Assembly: GCA_964016885.1 (NCBI GenBank)
Contig: OZ024754.1
Coordinates: forward strand, 3,100,001-3,164,000
DNA length: 64,000 nucleotides
Direction of reading: 5' to 3'
Source of the DNA: Eledone cirrhosa
Taxonomy: Eukaryota
Both the position numbers and the translations under genes were made by a program. Below, in pieces: positions 12,343-27,132 of this stretch (the first letter of the stretch is position 1; each line of letters begins with the position of its first letter). Below the pieces are notes generated by a model that saw only the letters and a program-made list of their open reading frames with translations, had not been told where the DNA came from and searched no databases.

Positions 12343-13737
12343 TACCACCTTTGTACTTCTATCAGAATTGTTCTGGCATTCTCAACACTTTATCATTCAT
12401 TAATAAAATAATATTTCACTCGAGGGCTGATATTTAGAGCATTACTTTAGAAACATTTCTAAGATATAATTATGATGGAAGGCTTTAATATAAGGATAGA
12501 CATTTTTAAATGTGTAACTTTTTTTTATCACAAATCGAGGACAGTTTCAGGCAGTTTGGTACCAGGAAATCAATATTTATGACAGTCACTATAATGGAAA
12601 TGAGTGCCTGAATCCCAAACCTGTAATTATTACTGTCTCGGGGGAAAAAAATACTTAACCCTTTCATTAGCATATTTCTTATGAAAGACACTGCCCTGCC
12701 TATGATATTCAAATAATTTTGAAAATAATCAAAACTTTTGAGCGATTTAGTAATATAACTAACTTTAGCAGTTATTAAACTTCTGTTTGGAACTTAACAT
12801 AACAAAGGTTTTTACAAAAAAAAATTTGGTGAAAGATGAATGTAAACAAACACTTTAAGGTGGCGAATTGGCAGATTCATTAGAACATGGGTAGAATGCT
12901 TTATGGTATTTGTTTCGGCTCTCTGTACAGGGTGAATAATAGAAAGTACCAGTCAAATACTGGGGTGGATTTAATCAAATAAACCCTCACCCCACTCCAA
13001 ATGATGGCCTTGTGTCTAATTTAAACCACCACCATCACCATCACCATTGTCATCACCACCATCACCACCACCACCATCACCATTGTCATCACCACCACTA
13101 CACACCACTACCACCACCACCACTACCATCATTACCACCGCCATCACCACCACCACCACTACCATCATCACCACCACCACCACCACCACCACACCACCAC
13201 CACCACAACCACCACTACTACCACTACCATCATTACCACCACCATTATCACCATCATTACCACTACCACCACCACCATTATCACCATCACCACCAACACC
13301 ACCACACCACTACCAATACCATCATCACCATCACCACACCACCACCAACACCACCACCACACCACTACCAATACCATCATCACCACACCACCACCACCAT
13401 CACCACACCACACCACCACCACCACCACACCACCACCACCACACCACCACCACACCACCACCACCACCACCACACCACCACCACCACCAATGTCTTTCTG
13501 ACCTACTTTATATTCCCTGGTTTATTTAGTTGAGGAAAACAAACAAATAAATAACTTTACATTTGCTCACCTATAATTGTCTTTTATTGTTGTTGTTGCT
13601 ATTGTTTAGAGAAACTACAACTACTACTACCACAGCTACAACTACTACTACTACCATCACTACCACTACTATCACTACTACTGCTGCTACAACCACTACC
13701 AATACGACTACCACAATCACCCACCACCACCACCACC

Positions 13738-13775
<38 letters not shown>

Positions 13776-13913
13776 CACCACTACTACTACTACTACTACT
13801 GTTATCATAACAACACTTTGGTTAATTTTAGCTTATATTTTTTTAAATAGATATTACTAGTTGACATTTAAAATTGTTTTTACTCTTTATATATATATAT
13901 ACACATCACTCTT

Positions 13914-13946
<33 letters not shown>

Positions 13947-13956
13947 ATATATATAT

Positions 13957-14646
<690 letters not shown>

Positions 14647-14842
14647 ATATATATATGTATGTGTGTGTGTATCTACACATACATACACACACACATAGAA
14701 AGAGAGAGAACACCCACACCTGTGTATATATGTACGTGAGAGGAAAAGTTATGTTCTGATTTGGTGGTAGTGTATGTGTGTGTATACATATGTGTGTGTG
14801 TGTATACATATGTGTGTGTGTAGGTATGTAGATGTATATATA

Positions 14843-14876
<34 letters not shown>

Positions 14877-14949
14877 AGGTATGTAGATGTATGTATATAT
14901 ATATATATATATATGTGTGTGTGCGTGTGTGTGGGTATGTATATGTATG

Positions 14950-14984
<35 letters not shown>

Positions 14985-15045
14985 CTAGGTATGTAGATGT
15001 ATGTATATATATATATATATGTGTGTGTGTGTAGGTATATAGATG

Positions 15046-15076
<31 letters not shown>

Positions 15077-15148
15077 AGGTATATAGATGTATGTATATAT
15101 ATATGTGTGTGTGTGTAGGTATGTAGATGTATGTATGTATGTATATAT

Positions 15149-15486
15149 ATCATTTTCATTTCATTTTACGTCCACTTTTCCCTGCTTGCAAGGGTGGGAC
15201 TGGAACTGATTCTGGCTTGATTTCTACAGTTGGATGCCCTTCCTAACACCAACCTCATTTACAGTGAGTGCTGGGTGCTTTTTTGCCGTGGCACCTCCAC
15301 GACCACTTTACAGTGGAATGATAGGGACCCCAGTCCCTATCATCTCATTTCTACAGCTGAGTAAACTGGAGCAATGTGAAATAAAGTGTCTTGCTCAAGG
15401 AAACAACACGTCACCCGGTCTGAGAATTGAACTCACAACCTTTCGATTGCAAGGCCAATGCTCTAACCACTGAGCCATGTGCCTCC
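15149..15486 (-). mobile_element. SINE family A copy, inverted
   Basis: Reverse complement of 14299-14646. Confidence 0.85.
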
Positions 15487-15708
15487 ATATATATATATGT
15501 GTGTGTGTGTGTAGGTATGTAGATGTATGTATATATATATGTGTGTGTGTATGTAGATGTATGTATATATATATATCATCTTTTTTCCATGCTTCCATGG
15601 GTTAGGCAGGTTGTCACATTCTGAGGCTAGACAGGTCAGATGAATGTATCTTCCCCATATGTTCCATGATATATATATATATATATATATACATATATAA
15701 ATAAATAA

Positions 15709-15769
<61 letters not shown>

Positions 15770-15846
15770 TAAATAAATATAAATTCAGTGAGACTCGCAT
15801 TTCGGCGAGTAGGGAAAAAAAAAAAAAATATATATATATATCATGG

Positions 15847-15897
<51 letters not shown>

Positions 15898-16430
15898 GTG
15901 GGGAGATAAGGATCAATATAGACAGGAGTACGCAATTACCTAGATGTAGTTAGTGATATATATATATATGTATAGATAGATAGATGGATGGACAGATAAA
16001 TATTGATAGATATATAAATAGATAGAGAGAGTGGGAGAGAGAGATAGGTAGAAAGATAGATAGAGATGGAAAGAGAGAGATATGTTATCTATCCTTCTAC
16101 ATAAAAGTTTGTTTCACCAGCATCTGAATTCCTGGGGTGTGTTTATCCTCTCCCCCTTTTTTTTTCTGGTTATTGTTTACTTTTTAAATATTTGTGGCAA
16201 TATCTGTATTGATGGAGTGACTGACAAAACACAGTCCACGGAACCATAACTAGGAAAACAGGAGCCAGCTCTCTCTCTCTCTCTCTCACCACAGTAGCCC
16301 CTCATGTCTTTTGGAAGCATCCTTTCATCACACACACCTCACACACACACCACACACACCTCACACACACACACACACACACCTCTCTCTCTCACTCACA
16401 CACACCCACATCTCACACCTCTCTGTCTCT

Positions 16431-16463
<33 letters not shown>

Positions 16464-18302
16464 CTCACACACACACACACACCTCTCACTCTCACACACA
16501 CACACACACCTCTCTCTCACTCTCACACACACACACATCTCACACCTCTCTCAGTCTCTTTCTCTCTCTCTCTCTCACACACACACATACCTCTCACCTC
16601 CTATCTCCCATCTCTCACAACATGGCTACCCTTTCACCTCCACCCCCACCACTTACTACTACTACTATCACCACTACTATCACCACCACCACCACTTACT
16701 ACTACTACCACTACTACCACCATCACCACTACCACTACTATCACCTCCACCACCACCACTTACTACTACTACTACCACTACTATCACCTCCACCACCACC
16801 ACTACCACTACTATCACCTCCACCACCACCACCACTTACTACTACTACTACCACTACTACTACTACCACCACCACCACCACTACCACTACTATCACCACC
16901 ACCACCACCACCACCACTACTACCACCACCACTACCACTACTATCACCACCACCACCACCACTACTACCACCACCACTACCACTACTATCATCTCCACCA
17001 CCACCACTTACTACTACTACCACTACTACCACCACCACCACCACTACCATCACCACCACCACCACCACTACCCCCCTTCAACTCACCCTGTCTCTATATT
17101 GGAACCTATGTAACTAACATATCTCCCCAATCAAAGATTCCCTCTTTCAACCCTTGTCTTCCCTTTTTCAACATCCAATCACCCCGACTCCACTCCACCT
17201 CCACTCCACCTCCACCTCCACTCCACCCCCACTCCACCTGTATTCACAACCCATATTTCCATCTCATTAAAGGATAAATGGATTTGTTGTTACTACAGGA
17301 TGGAGAAGGTTCTGGGATTCAACAATAAAGGGATCACTGCTTCCCCCTCTTCTCTTCTTTGCTCTCTCTCCCACCATCACTCTCTCTCTCTCTCCCCCAC
17401 CATCACTCTCTCTCTCTCTCTCCACCCCACCATCACTCTCTCTCTCCCCCACCATCACTATCTATCTATTTTCATCTTTTTAACATGAAGAACCAACAAC
17501 TACAGAACATACACACACACACACAACTCTAGCACATACACACACACACACAACTCTAGCACACACACACACACAACTCTAGCACATACACACACACAAC
17601 TCTAGCACATATATGCACACAACTACAACTCTACACACACATAGACACAACTATACAACACACACCACACACTACACACCACACACTATACACCACACAC
17701 TATACACCACACACTACACACCACACACTACACACCACACACTACACACCACACACTACACACCACACACTACACACCACACACAACACACCACACACTA
17801 CACACCACGCACCACATGCTACACACTAGACACTTCCCACTACACACTACACACTACACACTACACACACCACACCACACTACACACCACACCACACTAC
17901 ACACCACACCACACTACACACCACACTACACACCACACAACACACTACACACCACACTACACACCAAACTACACACCACACTACACACCACACAACACAC
18001 CACACACCACACTACACACCACAACACACTACACACCACACAACTACACTACAGTAAAAAAAGTCACCAAAAGAAATAGAGTTTAGAAAGTTTCTCCCTC
18101 CTCCCCCTCCCTCTACACATATGTTAGCAGCTGCTGGTGAAGAGGAGGAGAGAGAGAAGGAAGTACTAACAGCTCTCATAACAGAGTTGTTGTTATAGGA
18201 TTTGGTATCCTCCTACTACCACTACTACTGCAACTACTACCACTACTACTACTCTCCTGGACTTTGGGATATTTTCACAGTTTTGCTAAACTAAACATGG
18301 AA

Positions 18303-18338
<36 letters not shown>

Positions 18339-18699
18339 TACACACACATGCACACATTTATCTAATATTTATCTGTCTGTCACTCTTCCCTAGTAATTTT
18401 CACTCCTACATCCCTTAATGTAGTAAAATTTGTCAGAGTACCCCCACCCACCCTTTATCTCTTAGACGGCCAAAATATCTTTCATAGTCAACATTTGTTC
18501 ACAGTTTCACAACTTGCTGTCTTTGTGTGGGTGTCATCCCTTTCTAAAGACGATATTTCAGCATATTTATGTTAGGGTCTTTACACATTCTAATCCGTGT
18601 GTGTGTGTAGGCACAGGCATAGTTGTGTGCTTAAGAAGTTTACTATGCAAGCCCATGGTTTCAGACTAGCTCCCACTGCAATGTCTTATGAGTGGCATT

Positions 18700-19008
18700 T
18701 CTAAGTCTAAAGTCTGTCTTAAGCCATTGAAGGCTCGTTAGACCAGTGCTTATCCCGGTTTCATGGCATGAAGCGACAGAATACAAGACTTCCCCGCTGG
18801 ACACTGGACAGGATGCCAGTCCATCGTAATGTTAAGCCCCATTGCCAGGTATTGCTGGTACACATTTTCAGCAATAGCTAAGTATACTGGAGCAAAGTGA
18901 AATGAAGTGTTTTGCTGAAGAACACAACATACAACCTAGCCGAGGAATCAAACCCACAACATTATGATCGTAAGTCTGACACCCTAACCACTAGGCCACA
19001 CACCTCCA
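18700..19008 (-). mobile_element. Older tRNA-derived SINE related to family A
   Basis: On - strand ggaggtgtgtggcctagtggttagggtgtc..gggtttgattcc, followed by ttcatttcactttgctccag. A similar head occurs on + at about 38948-39063. Confidence 0.65.
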
Positions 19009-19429
19009 CAGTGGGATTTTGGAGATGAAAAACTATACAGGCACACACACACAGACAGAGAGATAGAGAGATAGATGTGTGTATGCTTCCATATCTGTTT
19101 ATATTTACTCATATAGAACTGTGTTATGTTGTGTCTCTTCATGTCAACAGTGTAATTTGGCAGTTTTGTAAATGTAAGGACCTGTAACTCCTATTGAAAA
19201 TCTTAAGAGTGGCATATGGTGTATTTTAGGGGCATTTCAAACATGGCAGAGTCCATCCCCTCTCTGGGTCTGGATATAGTCCCAAATTCTTCCAGTGAAG
19301 AAAAAGAGGGAGAGATATAAATAACATGATGTGAGAGAGATACATGTATAGAAGAATTGTCCCCAATATTTGACTGGTATTTTTTTTATCAACCTCGAAA
19401 GTATGGAAGACAAAGTTGACCCCAGAAAG

Positions 19430-19615
19430 CTGACTATACTAGTCTCACTCTGTTTACTATACTAGTCTCACTATGTTGACTATTCAAGCTTCACTCTGTT
19501 TACTATACAAGCTTCACTCTGTTTACTATACAAGCTTCACTCTGTTTACTATACTAGCTTTACTCTGTTTACTAGTCTCACTCTGTTGACTAAACCAGTT
19601 TTATTCTGTTGACTA
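19430..19615. repeat. 23-bp tandem repeat immediately upstream of an LRIG splice acceptor
   Basis: agtctcactctgtttactatact and variants, about 8 units. Confidence 0.8.
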
Positions 19616-19641
19616 ATATTATATTATTTCTCTTGTTGCAG

Positions 19642-19977
19642 GTAATAGTATATCTAGTCTTCACTGCCCCAACAGTGAGAGTGACACACTAAAGAGTTCT
19701 CGTAGTACCAGCAGTACTCACACAGGTGGTAACTCTGCAGAACATTCCACCAATCATTCGACAATGCAGACTTTCCATCCACAGACCTCCTGTCCTGACA
19801 GTCTAGTTGATAGCGACTGCCCTCCTGACTCTATTGAAAGAATGCACAGGTTTCCTACACTACCAGGAACACCACCTGCTAGTTTACGTAGACCTTACCC
19901 CAGGGTAGACCCTGGTATATCTGCAGACAGATATCACGGCTCCCAACCTCCTGGAACATCATGGGAGACTGACCTAG
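19642..19977 (+). CDS. LRIG: LRIG cytoplasmic exon (Ser/Thr/Pro-rich)
   Basis: ttgttgcag| acceptor, G|gtatgt donor, phase 1-1, open 336 nt of non-repetitive sequence, in frame with both neighbouring exons. Confidence 0.75.
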
Positions 19978-20023
19978 GTATGTACTCTTTGTTTAAATTC
20001 GTACTTCATCTCGATTAGTATGA

Positions 20024-20194
20024 CCGTATTTCCCAGTGTCGAAGAGGCTACTTTTTTCTTAAAATAAGTCTCAAAAATCTACCATGCGTCCTGGAGGCCA
20101 AAGGTTGTTTATTAGTAAAATTTTTCGAATTTTTGGTTGTCAAAATTAGGGTATGACCTCGAAGACAAAGCGTCTTCGGCGCCGGAAAATACGG
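20024..20194. mobile_element. Tc1/mariner-superfamily (Tc2/pogo-like) MITE
   Basis: TIRs CCGTATTTCCC..GTCGAAGA / TCTTCGGCGCCGGAAAATACGG, followed by TA on the right. Confidence 0.6.
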
Positions 20195-21072
20195 TAATTC
20201 TTTTTGTTACCAATACATCCGAAATTGCCTATGGTTCTAAGATACAACGATGTTTATTTTAAAGTGTTTATAATCATCTAAAGACCTTCCCTCAAATTTT
20301 TATATAAGAACCTGTGTTCAGTTGTGTTCCAAACACCAGATGGTTAAGAGAAAGACCATGGTTCTATAATACAAAGATGTTTATTTTATCTAAAAGTCTT
20401 CCCTCAAAATTTTATGTAAGAACCTTTGTCAAACACGATAAAAACAAACATGATAAATAATAAGAAAACTCCTGGTTCTCCAATACAAAGTTAGAAAGCT
20501 TCCTTCAAAATTTCATGTAAGAACCTGTGTTAAGTTATGTTCCAAACACTGTCATGCTGAATCTCCCTGAGAACTATAGTATGTCTACACGTGTATGTGG
20601 AATGCCCAGTCATATGCACTTTACGAGCAGACTGTTCCATTGTTGAAAAAAAAAAAAAAAAACTGGAACACTCATCGTTTCAGCCGACGGAGGCCCAGAA
20701 TACATCACTTTAGATGGTTCTAGATTCTCCTTTCATGTACTTCATAAACCAAGGGAGTTAACTTGATTTGATATCCTGTTATTGAAACACATCTTCATTA
20801 TAAATATATATATCATGATTCATACACTGTTCACTTCCCTGACATTTGTATATTATTCTATGTACTATACATGCACCTTTGATGAGTTGTAGTGCACCTG
20901 AGCACTGTACACAATAATTTCATTATTATATTATTATATTATCATCATCATCATCATCATGATACGTCTATCTTCCATGCTAGCATGGGTTTAGATATAT
21001 ATATATATATTTTAATGTTTAATTATTTTATCATCTAATTATTTTTGTTTTTCCTTTTCCTCTGTTTTTCAG

Positions 21073-21722
21073 TAATCACACGGGGCCAGAGCAAGAGTCC
21101 TTCATCCATTCACCTCAACAATCGACCCTCTTCTTCTCCATTACCATCTTGTCTTGACAAAACTGCAAATATTCCCCCCCCTGCCTATGAGACTCTCACC
21201 ATATCACCGTCGTCAAGACAACAGCAGTCAGCTTCATCAGAAGAACAACAATACTTACTCTCACCACCACCACCACCACAACAACAACAACAACGGTTAC
21301 ATTTACAACAACAACAACAGTCTCCACCTTGTCATCCATCCTCTATTTCATCATCATCATCATCATCACCACCATCAGCGTTATCATCATCATCACCACC
21401 ACCACCACCATCATCAACAACGTCATCAACAACAACAGCAACACCGGCAGCGACAGAAGCAACAGCAGCAACAACAACAGCTGCTGCTGCTGTTGCTGCT
21501 GTCACACAGCAGACACCTTTGCTGTCTTCATCTCTTCCAAACCAAAGAACAGACTTCAACCATTTATCATCCTCTGCAACCATTCCATTGCATTCACAAC
21601 AACAACAACAGCAGCAACAACAACAGCAACAACAACAACAGCAGTACCGGAGTATTGAAGCTCCGGTGAACATTCTAGCACACAGTCACTCTACGACAGA
21701 TAACTGGACATTTGATGTTTGA
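21073..21722 (+). CDS. LRIG: LRIG terminal coding exon (low-complexity tail ending NWTFDV*)
   Basis: Polypyrimidine tract plus ttttcag| acceptor, phase 1, open to TGA at 21720-21722. Confidence 0.75.
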
Positions 21723-21783
21723 TGTTGGTAGTATATGGGGTGTGGACTAGGGCTGCAACACATACATACATACATATATACAT

Positions 21784-21814
<31 letters not shown>

Positions 21815-21949
21815 CAGATACACACACATATATATATATATATGTGTATATATATATGTGTGTATATACATATACATACACACATATATATATATACACA
21901 TATACATATATATATATATATATATATACACATACACATACATATACAT

Positions 21950-21988
<39 letters not shown>

Positions 21989-22954
21989 CAGATACACACA
22001 TATATATATGTATATGTGTATATGTATATATGTGTGTATATACATATACATACACATATATATATATACACATATACATATATATATATATATACACATA
22101 CATATACATACACACATATATATATACATACATACATAGATACATGCATATATACATACATACACATATACATACAGATATACATATATATATATACATA
22201 CAGATATACATATATACATACATACATATGCATAAACATAGATACACATATACATACATACATACATATATATACATTACATACACATATACACACACAT
22301 ATACACACACATATATATCCACGTTCTGCTGTGGGTCTCCATTCTTTCCAAAAAAAAAAAAAAGAAAGACAAACAAAACAAAGCAAAAACCAAACAAAAC
22401 AAAGAAGAAAAAAAGAAAAGAAAAAAATCTATACACAAGAAAAAGAGAGCTGTGATGTTTTACTAATGAAACTTTTTTTGTTGTTGTTGTTTCTTATTCA
22501 AACCCCCCTCCCCACTCTCCCTCTCCCTCCCTTTAAATTATAGTTGATGAAGAAGAAGGAGAATAGAAAGATGATGAAGAGGAGAAGGAGAAGAGGAAGA
22601 AAGTAATAAAAAAAGAGAAAAGACTTTATAAAACAGATATTAAAAAAAAAAAAATCAGCTTTGTCTATATATGAGATAGGTTTGATGGTGTAAACAGGGT
22701 ACTTCTATTGGTAAATGGAAACCAAGAAACCAGAAGGGTACCTAGGGTACATTTAAGGGGGTAGGGAGCTTTTGTTAGTGCTCTTTCTTTCTCTCTCTCT
22801 CTCTTTTTTTGTTATTTATATATGTGTATATATATATATTTTAAATATGTATATGTATATGTATATACATATAAATATATGTGTATAAATATGTATATAT
22901 ATATAAATATATATGTGTATAAATATGTATATATATTATACATTTATATAAAGT

Positions 22955-23084
22955 ATTTCCATGGAAAAGGTAAAGGAAAGAAGAGTGCTCTATGTATTGT
23001 ACAGAGCTATTTAATTATATAATAAACAACACAATATAATTATTCCATCGGGTAATGGAATAATTATATTGTATAATGTATTAG

Positions 23085-23115
<31 letters not shown>

Positions 23116-24125
23116 CACATACGTTATTCCGGGTTGAATCGGAGGTAACCACAGTAAGTAAGGTACTCAATACATAGCAGAGTATAAGTTTTAATATAGA
23201 TGAGATTCTACAGGACTAGAACAGTTTCATTCTTTAGAAATCATTAGGATTCCTGATGATTTCTAAAGAATGAAACAGTTCTAGTCCTGTAGAATCTCAT
23301 CTATATTAAAATATAAATATATATATATATTTAATTAGAAAGTGAACAACACAAATGTTTCGTGTTGTTCACTTTCTAATTAAATAGCTCTGTTCTATAC
23401 ATAGAGCACTCTTCTTTCTTTTTTTTCCTTCGGAATTATCTAACACACACACATATATATATATATATAATGATATATATATAATGTACCTCGGTTCAGA
23501 AAATGAAGGCAATTTAGTTTGTGTTTTTGTTTTAACTCACTCTCACCTTCCCACCATCAACCACCACCTTTCTCCTGCATTTATTTCTGTGCACACACAC
23601 ACACACCTGTGTATGTTTGTGTCTGTGTGCTATTTAAGGGGATGCAAAGGGGCTAATGGGTTAAGAAATAATTGTCACAGTAATCCTACATTACCTTGAG
23701 GCAGATACTAGATTATATGGGAGTGTTACTTGTCATAGACAGGCATCCTATCCAGGAGGTTGGGAGTTGTTTTTTTTTTTCTCTCATCCTCTATACCATG
23801 TTATGACATTGAAATAAATCCTTTTGGAGCCTATGTAACATGTATGTTTATTTATATATATATATAAGTAGAACACTGGAAGGTAATATCCGTAGTGGTA
23901 GAGCACTCTGTCTATGGGACGAGTTAGGTAGAAGTGGCAACACAACTGTTGTGTTACCACTTCTATATATATATATATATATATAAATTTTGAGTATATG
24001 CTGGTTGTTTATCGACACCTCAGTATGCAGATTGGAGCACTCAACGAAGTACACAGGTTGGTTTGTTTACTCCGGAGTAATCTAAAATAAGTAAGTCAAA
24101 CATGTTAAATTTGGCTTCGTTTAAT
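22955..24125. mobile_element. Cluster of 4-5 foldback Penelope-like element ends separated by (TA)n
   Basis: Elements at about 22955-23090, 23121-23312, 23330-23445 and 23867-23964 each combine a hairpin with a variant of the GTACTC/GTGCTC/GCACTC motif; a fifth at about 23985-24125 is less clear. Confidence 0.55.
23248..23296 (+). ncRNA. Type I hammerhead ribozyme motif (complete core)
   Basis: gattc CTGATGA t-ttc-taaa-gaa-t GAA ACAG-ttctagtc-CTGT A/ gaatc. Stems I, II and III all pair; predicted cleavage after GUA. Confidence 0.7.
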
Positions 24126-24136
24126 ATAAATAAATT

Positions 24137-24187
<51 letters not shown>

Positions 24188-24481
24188 ATTCTTCAGCTGA
24201 GGGTTGTAGTTTAGCAGAATCGACAGAGTGTCTGATAAAATACTTTGTGGTATTTAGTTACAAATTTCTACATTCTATCTTCCAAGTTCAAATCCCTCTG
24301 AGGTCGGCCCTCTTTACTTTTCATCTTTCCAGTGCCAGTAAAATAAAGGATCTATAAAGAACTGGGTTCGATATATAATCAACTTTGCCCCTTTCCTAGA
24401 AACTATTATTAGGCTTCAGACACAGACACAGTGTGATGCAGGAGGAAACACAAATAAAGACCCCTATCTACAATATTTTAA

Positions 24482-24692
24482 CCCTTTAGCATTTACATTA
24501 CTCTAAATTTACTATTGTATTTTCACAATAAACACTTTATTTCACATAATTATCTGACATAATATCGAGTCTATGAGATTTTGATATTATTTATTTTGAG
24601 AACAATACCTTAACATAAGTATGAGCAGCCAGTTATGGCCAATTTGAACAGGAAGAGGTGAGAGAATTATGGCCAGTTTAAATGCTAAAGGG
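24482..24692. mobile_element. piggyBac-type MITE
   Basis: TTAA on both sides, TIRs CCCTTTAGCATTTA / TAAATGCTAAAGGG. A partial second copy lies at about 30880-31006. Confidence 0.75.
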
Positions 24693-25825
24693 TTAATGGA
24701 TTGGATTGTGTTTAATTGGTTGATGTTACTAATGAAATTTTTTAGTAAGCCACATTTTTTAAATTTTATTTATTTATTTATTTATTTTTCCTTCCAAGAG
24801 GAAAACAAAGAGAGAACCCTCCCCCTCCACCAAATTATTTAAATGCCCCTCCCCTGCTGCCTCTTTTTTTCTTTTTTTTTTTCAAATTTCAAAAGTGGGT
24901 TGGGTTTGTGGGTGTGGTAGTTGTTTCAAAAATTCATACTAAGAAACCTCAGAACACACACACACCATGTGTCTGTCTGTGTGTCTATGTACAAGCCATT
25001 AGTACCGTCCACTAATTCCTTCAATTATTTCTCTGCTCCAACCACCTTCCTTACCCAACCTGTCCTGTCGTTTTTCTACCCTACTCTCTGCCCCCCCCCC
25101 CCCCCCCCCCCCTCTGCCCCCCTTTCACCAAAGAGTCGCGTTTTAAAACTGAGTACACACTCGTTAGTGGATAACTTGTGACTTATCTCGAAAATAAAAA
25201 ACCAAAAAGTAATAATAATAATAATAATTGTTTCTACTTTTGGCACAAGGTCAGCAAATTCCCCCAGTACATTACTGGTACTTTAATAATGAGATCGGTC
25301 AGCTAAAAAGAAAATATAATAAAGAAACAAACAACAACTTGTGATGGATCTGGCAGAGAATATATCTGGAGAAACAAACATACATACATACATACATGAT
25401 GATGGCTGCCCCCTCGTTATCGAGTATGGCCATTGCATGATATAACATTATTAATAATTATCAATTAATGCTATCATGCAATGCCTGTTTTAAAATGAGG
25501 AAGTGAGGAAAGACTGTGCACTGAGCCAATCCCACTCTCTGAGCGACAGTAACTATAACCCGAAAAGAAGAAAAGATCAACATACATACCTACATATATA
25601 CAAGTAATACAGATGTTGTATAACTCATTTCCTGATTGAATGTTGTGTATTTTGTGGTGGTTGGTGTATATATACTCAGTAAAATAATATTTGTTTGTTT
25701 GTGTGTGTGTAAATGTTTAGGAATGTGTGTATATGTGTACAAAGGTGTGTATATGTGTACAAAAGTGTGTATATATATATGTACATAGGTATGTATGTAT
25801 ACACACACACATATATATATATATA

Positions 25826-26140
25826 AAAATCAGGATGAATTCAGTTAGAATCTGGTTGGTCCATTCCTCGCCAGAGTACTCAATACTTGGGGTAGTAGAG
25901 TATGTTTATATAAAAGAGTTAGGACCTTGACAGCTGAGCTCTTGTTTCAACAGCTAGTTCCAGAGTCTGGAACTAGCTGTTGAAACAGCAAGAGTTCAGC
26001 TGTTGGGGTCCTGATTCATTCATATATATATAAAGAAATGTAAAATCCTGAAAAGGCATGCACCTCAGTCAGAATATTACATATCTCTATACCTACTCTA
26101 CATCTCTCCATGTATTGAGTACTCCCATAATTAGTGGTCT
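25826..26140. mobile_element. Two diverged Penelope-like element ends (family 1 foldback, plus a second GTATTGAGTAC copy)
   Basis: agagtactcaatacttggggtagtagagt followed by hairpin 25921-26012. A second actcta..tgtattgagtactc lies at about 26095-26124. Confidence 0.55.
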
Positions 26141-26884
26141 CCTTGGTCTATAATTTTATAGTGTCTTATGTGGATATGAAACAGCTTCCTTTAGCCAACA
26201 ATACTTGCACTGTCAACTTGAACTCTCTAAATTAGCTCCTGAGTCTATAGTCAATCATTTTTTTTTAATATAGATCTGATCTCATCAGAGTGATCCTTCC
26301 TATAGCTCTCTAATGAAAGCTTCAGTAAATACATAAATAATAATAATAATAATCTCCTTGTTTTGTAAAGAAATTGGTTCTTGTAATGATGTCAAAACCT
26401 CACCTCCATAACAACTGGTCCCATCTGTTGGTCCTACCTCAAACTCCCACTAAAAGGCAAAGAAATAAAAACTGCCTTCTTAATTTCTAACAATAAATCA
26501 GTTTATTGACATGATTATTTTTCCTTTTCTTTCTTTCTTTTTTTTTTCCATCTAATTTTATTCATTTATACATTAAATTTTTTTTTTTAATTTGTATATA
26601 TTAATAATGTCTCTGTACAAAAAGAAAGTTATTTTTTACAAATATATTTATTTATATATTTTTCTATATAATCGCTAAAACAAATCATAATTTTTATTTC
26701 CCTATAGTCTTCTCTCTTTTCTTCTCCCTTTTTCTCCTTCTACTTCTTCTCTCCTTCTTCTCACTCTAATTGTTTTTGAAAAGGAAAAAAAAATATAATG
26801 ATGAAGAAAGAAGACATAAAAATATAAAAATTCTTAGCTGGGAATCTCAATTTCTCTATCACACCTCCCGCGCCACCACCAATC

Positions 26885-26957
<73 letters not shown>

Positions 26958-27087
26958 ATATTTATATGTGTATATATATATACACATAAATAAATATATA
27001 TGTATATGCATGTTTATATATATATATATATATATATAAATATAATCACATAAATAAATAAATATATATATATATATAATCACATAA

Positions 27088-27132
<45 letters not shown>

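Noticed and set aside
16121-16136. Possible LRIG microexon (ttcaccag|CATCTGAATTCCTGGG|gtgtgt)
   Set aside because: 16 nt would shift the frame between phase-1 neighbours, and the donor is weak.
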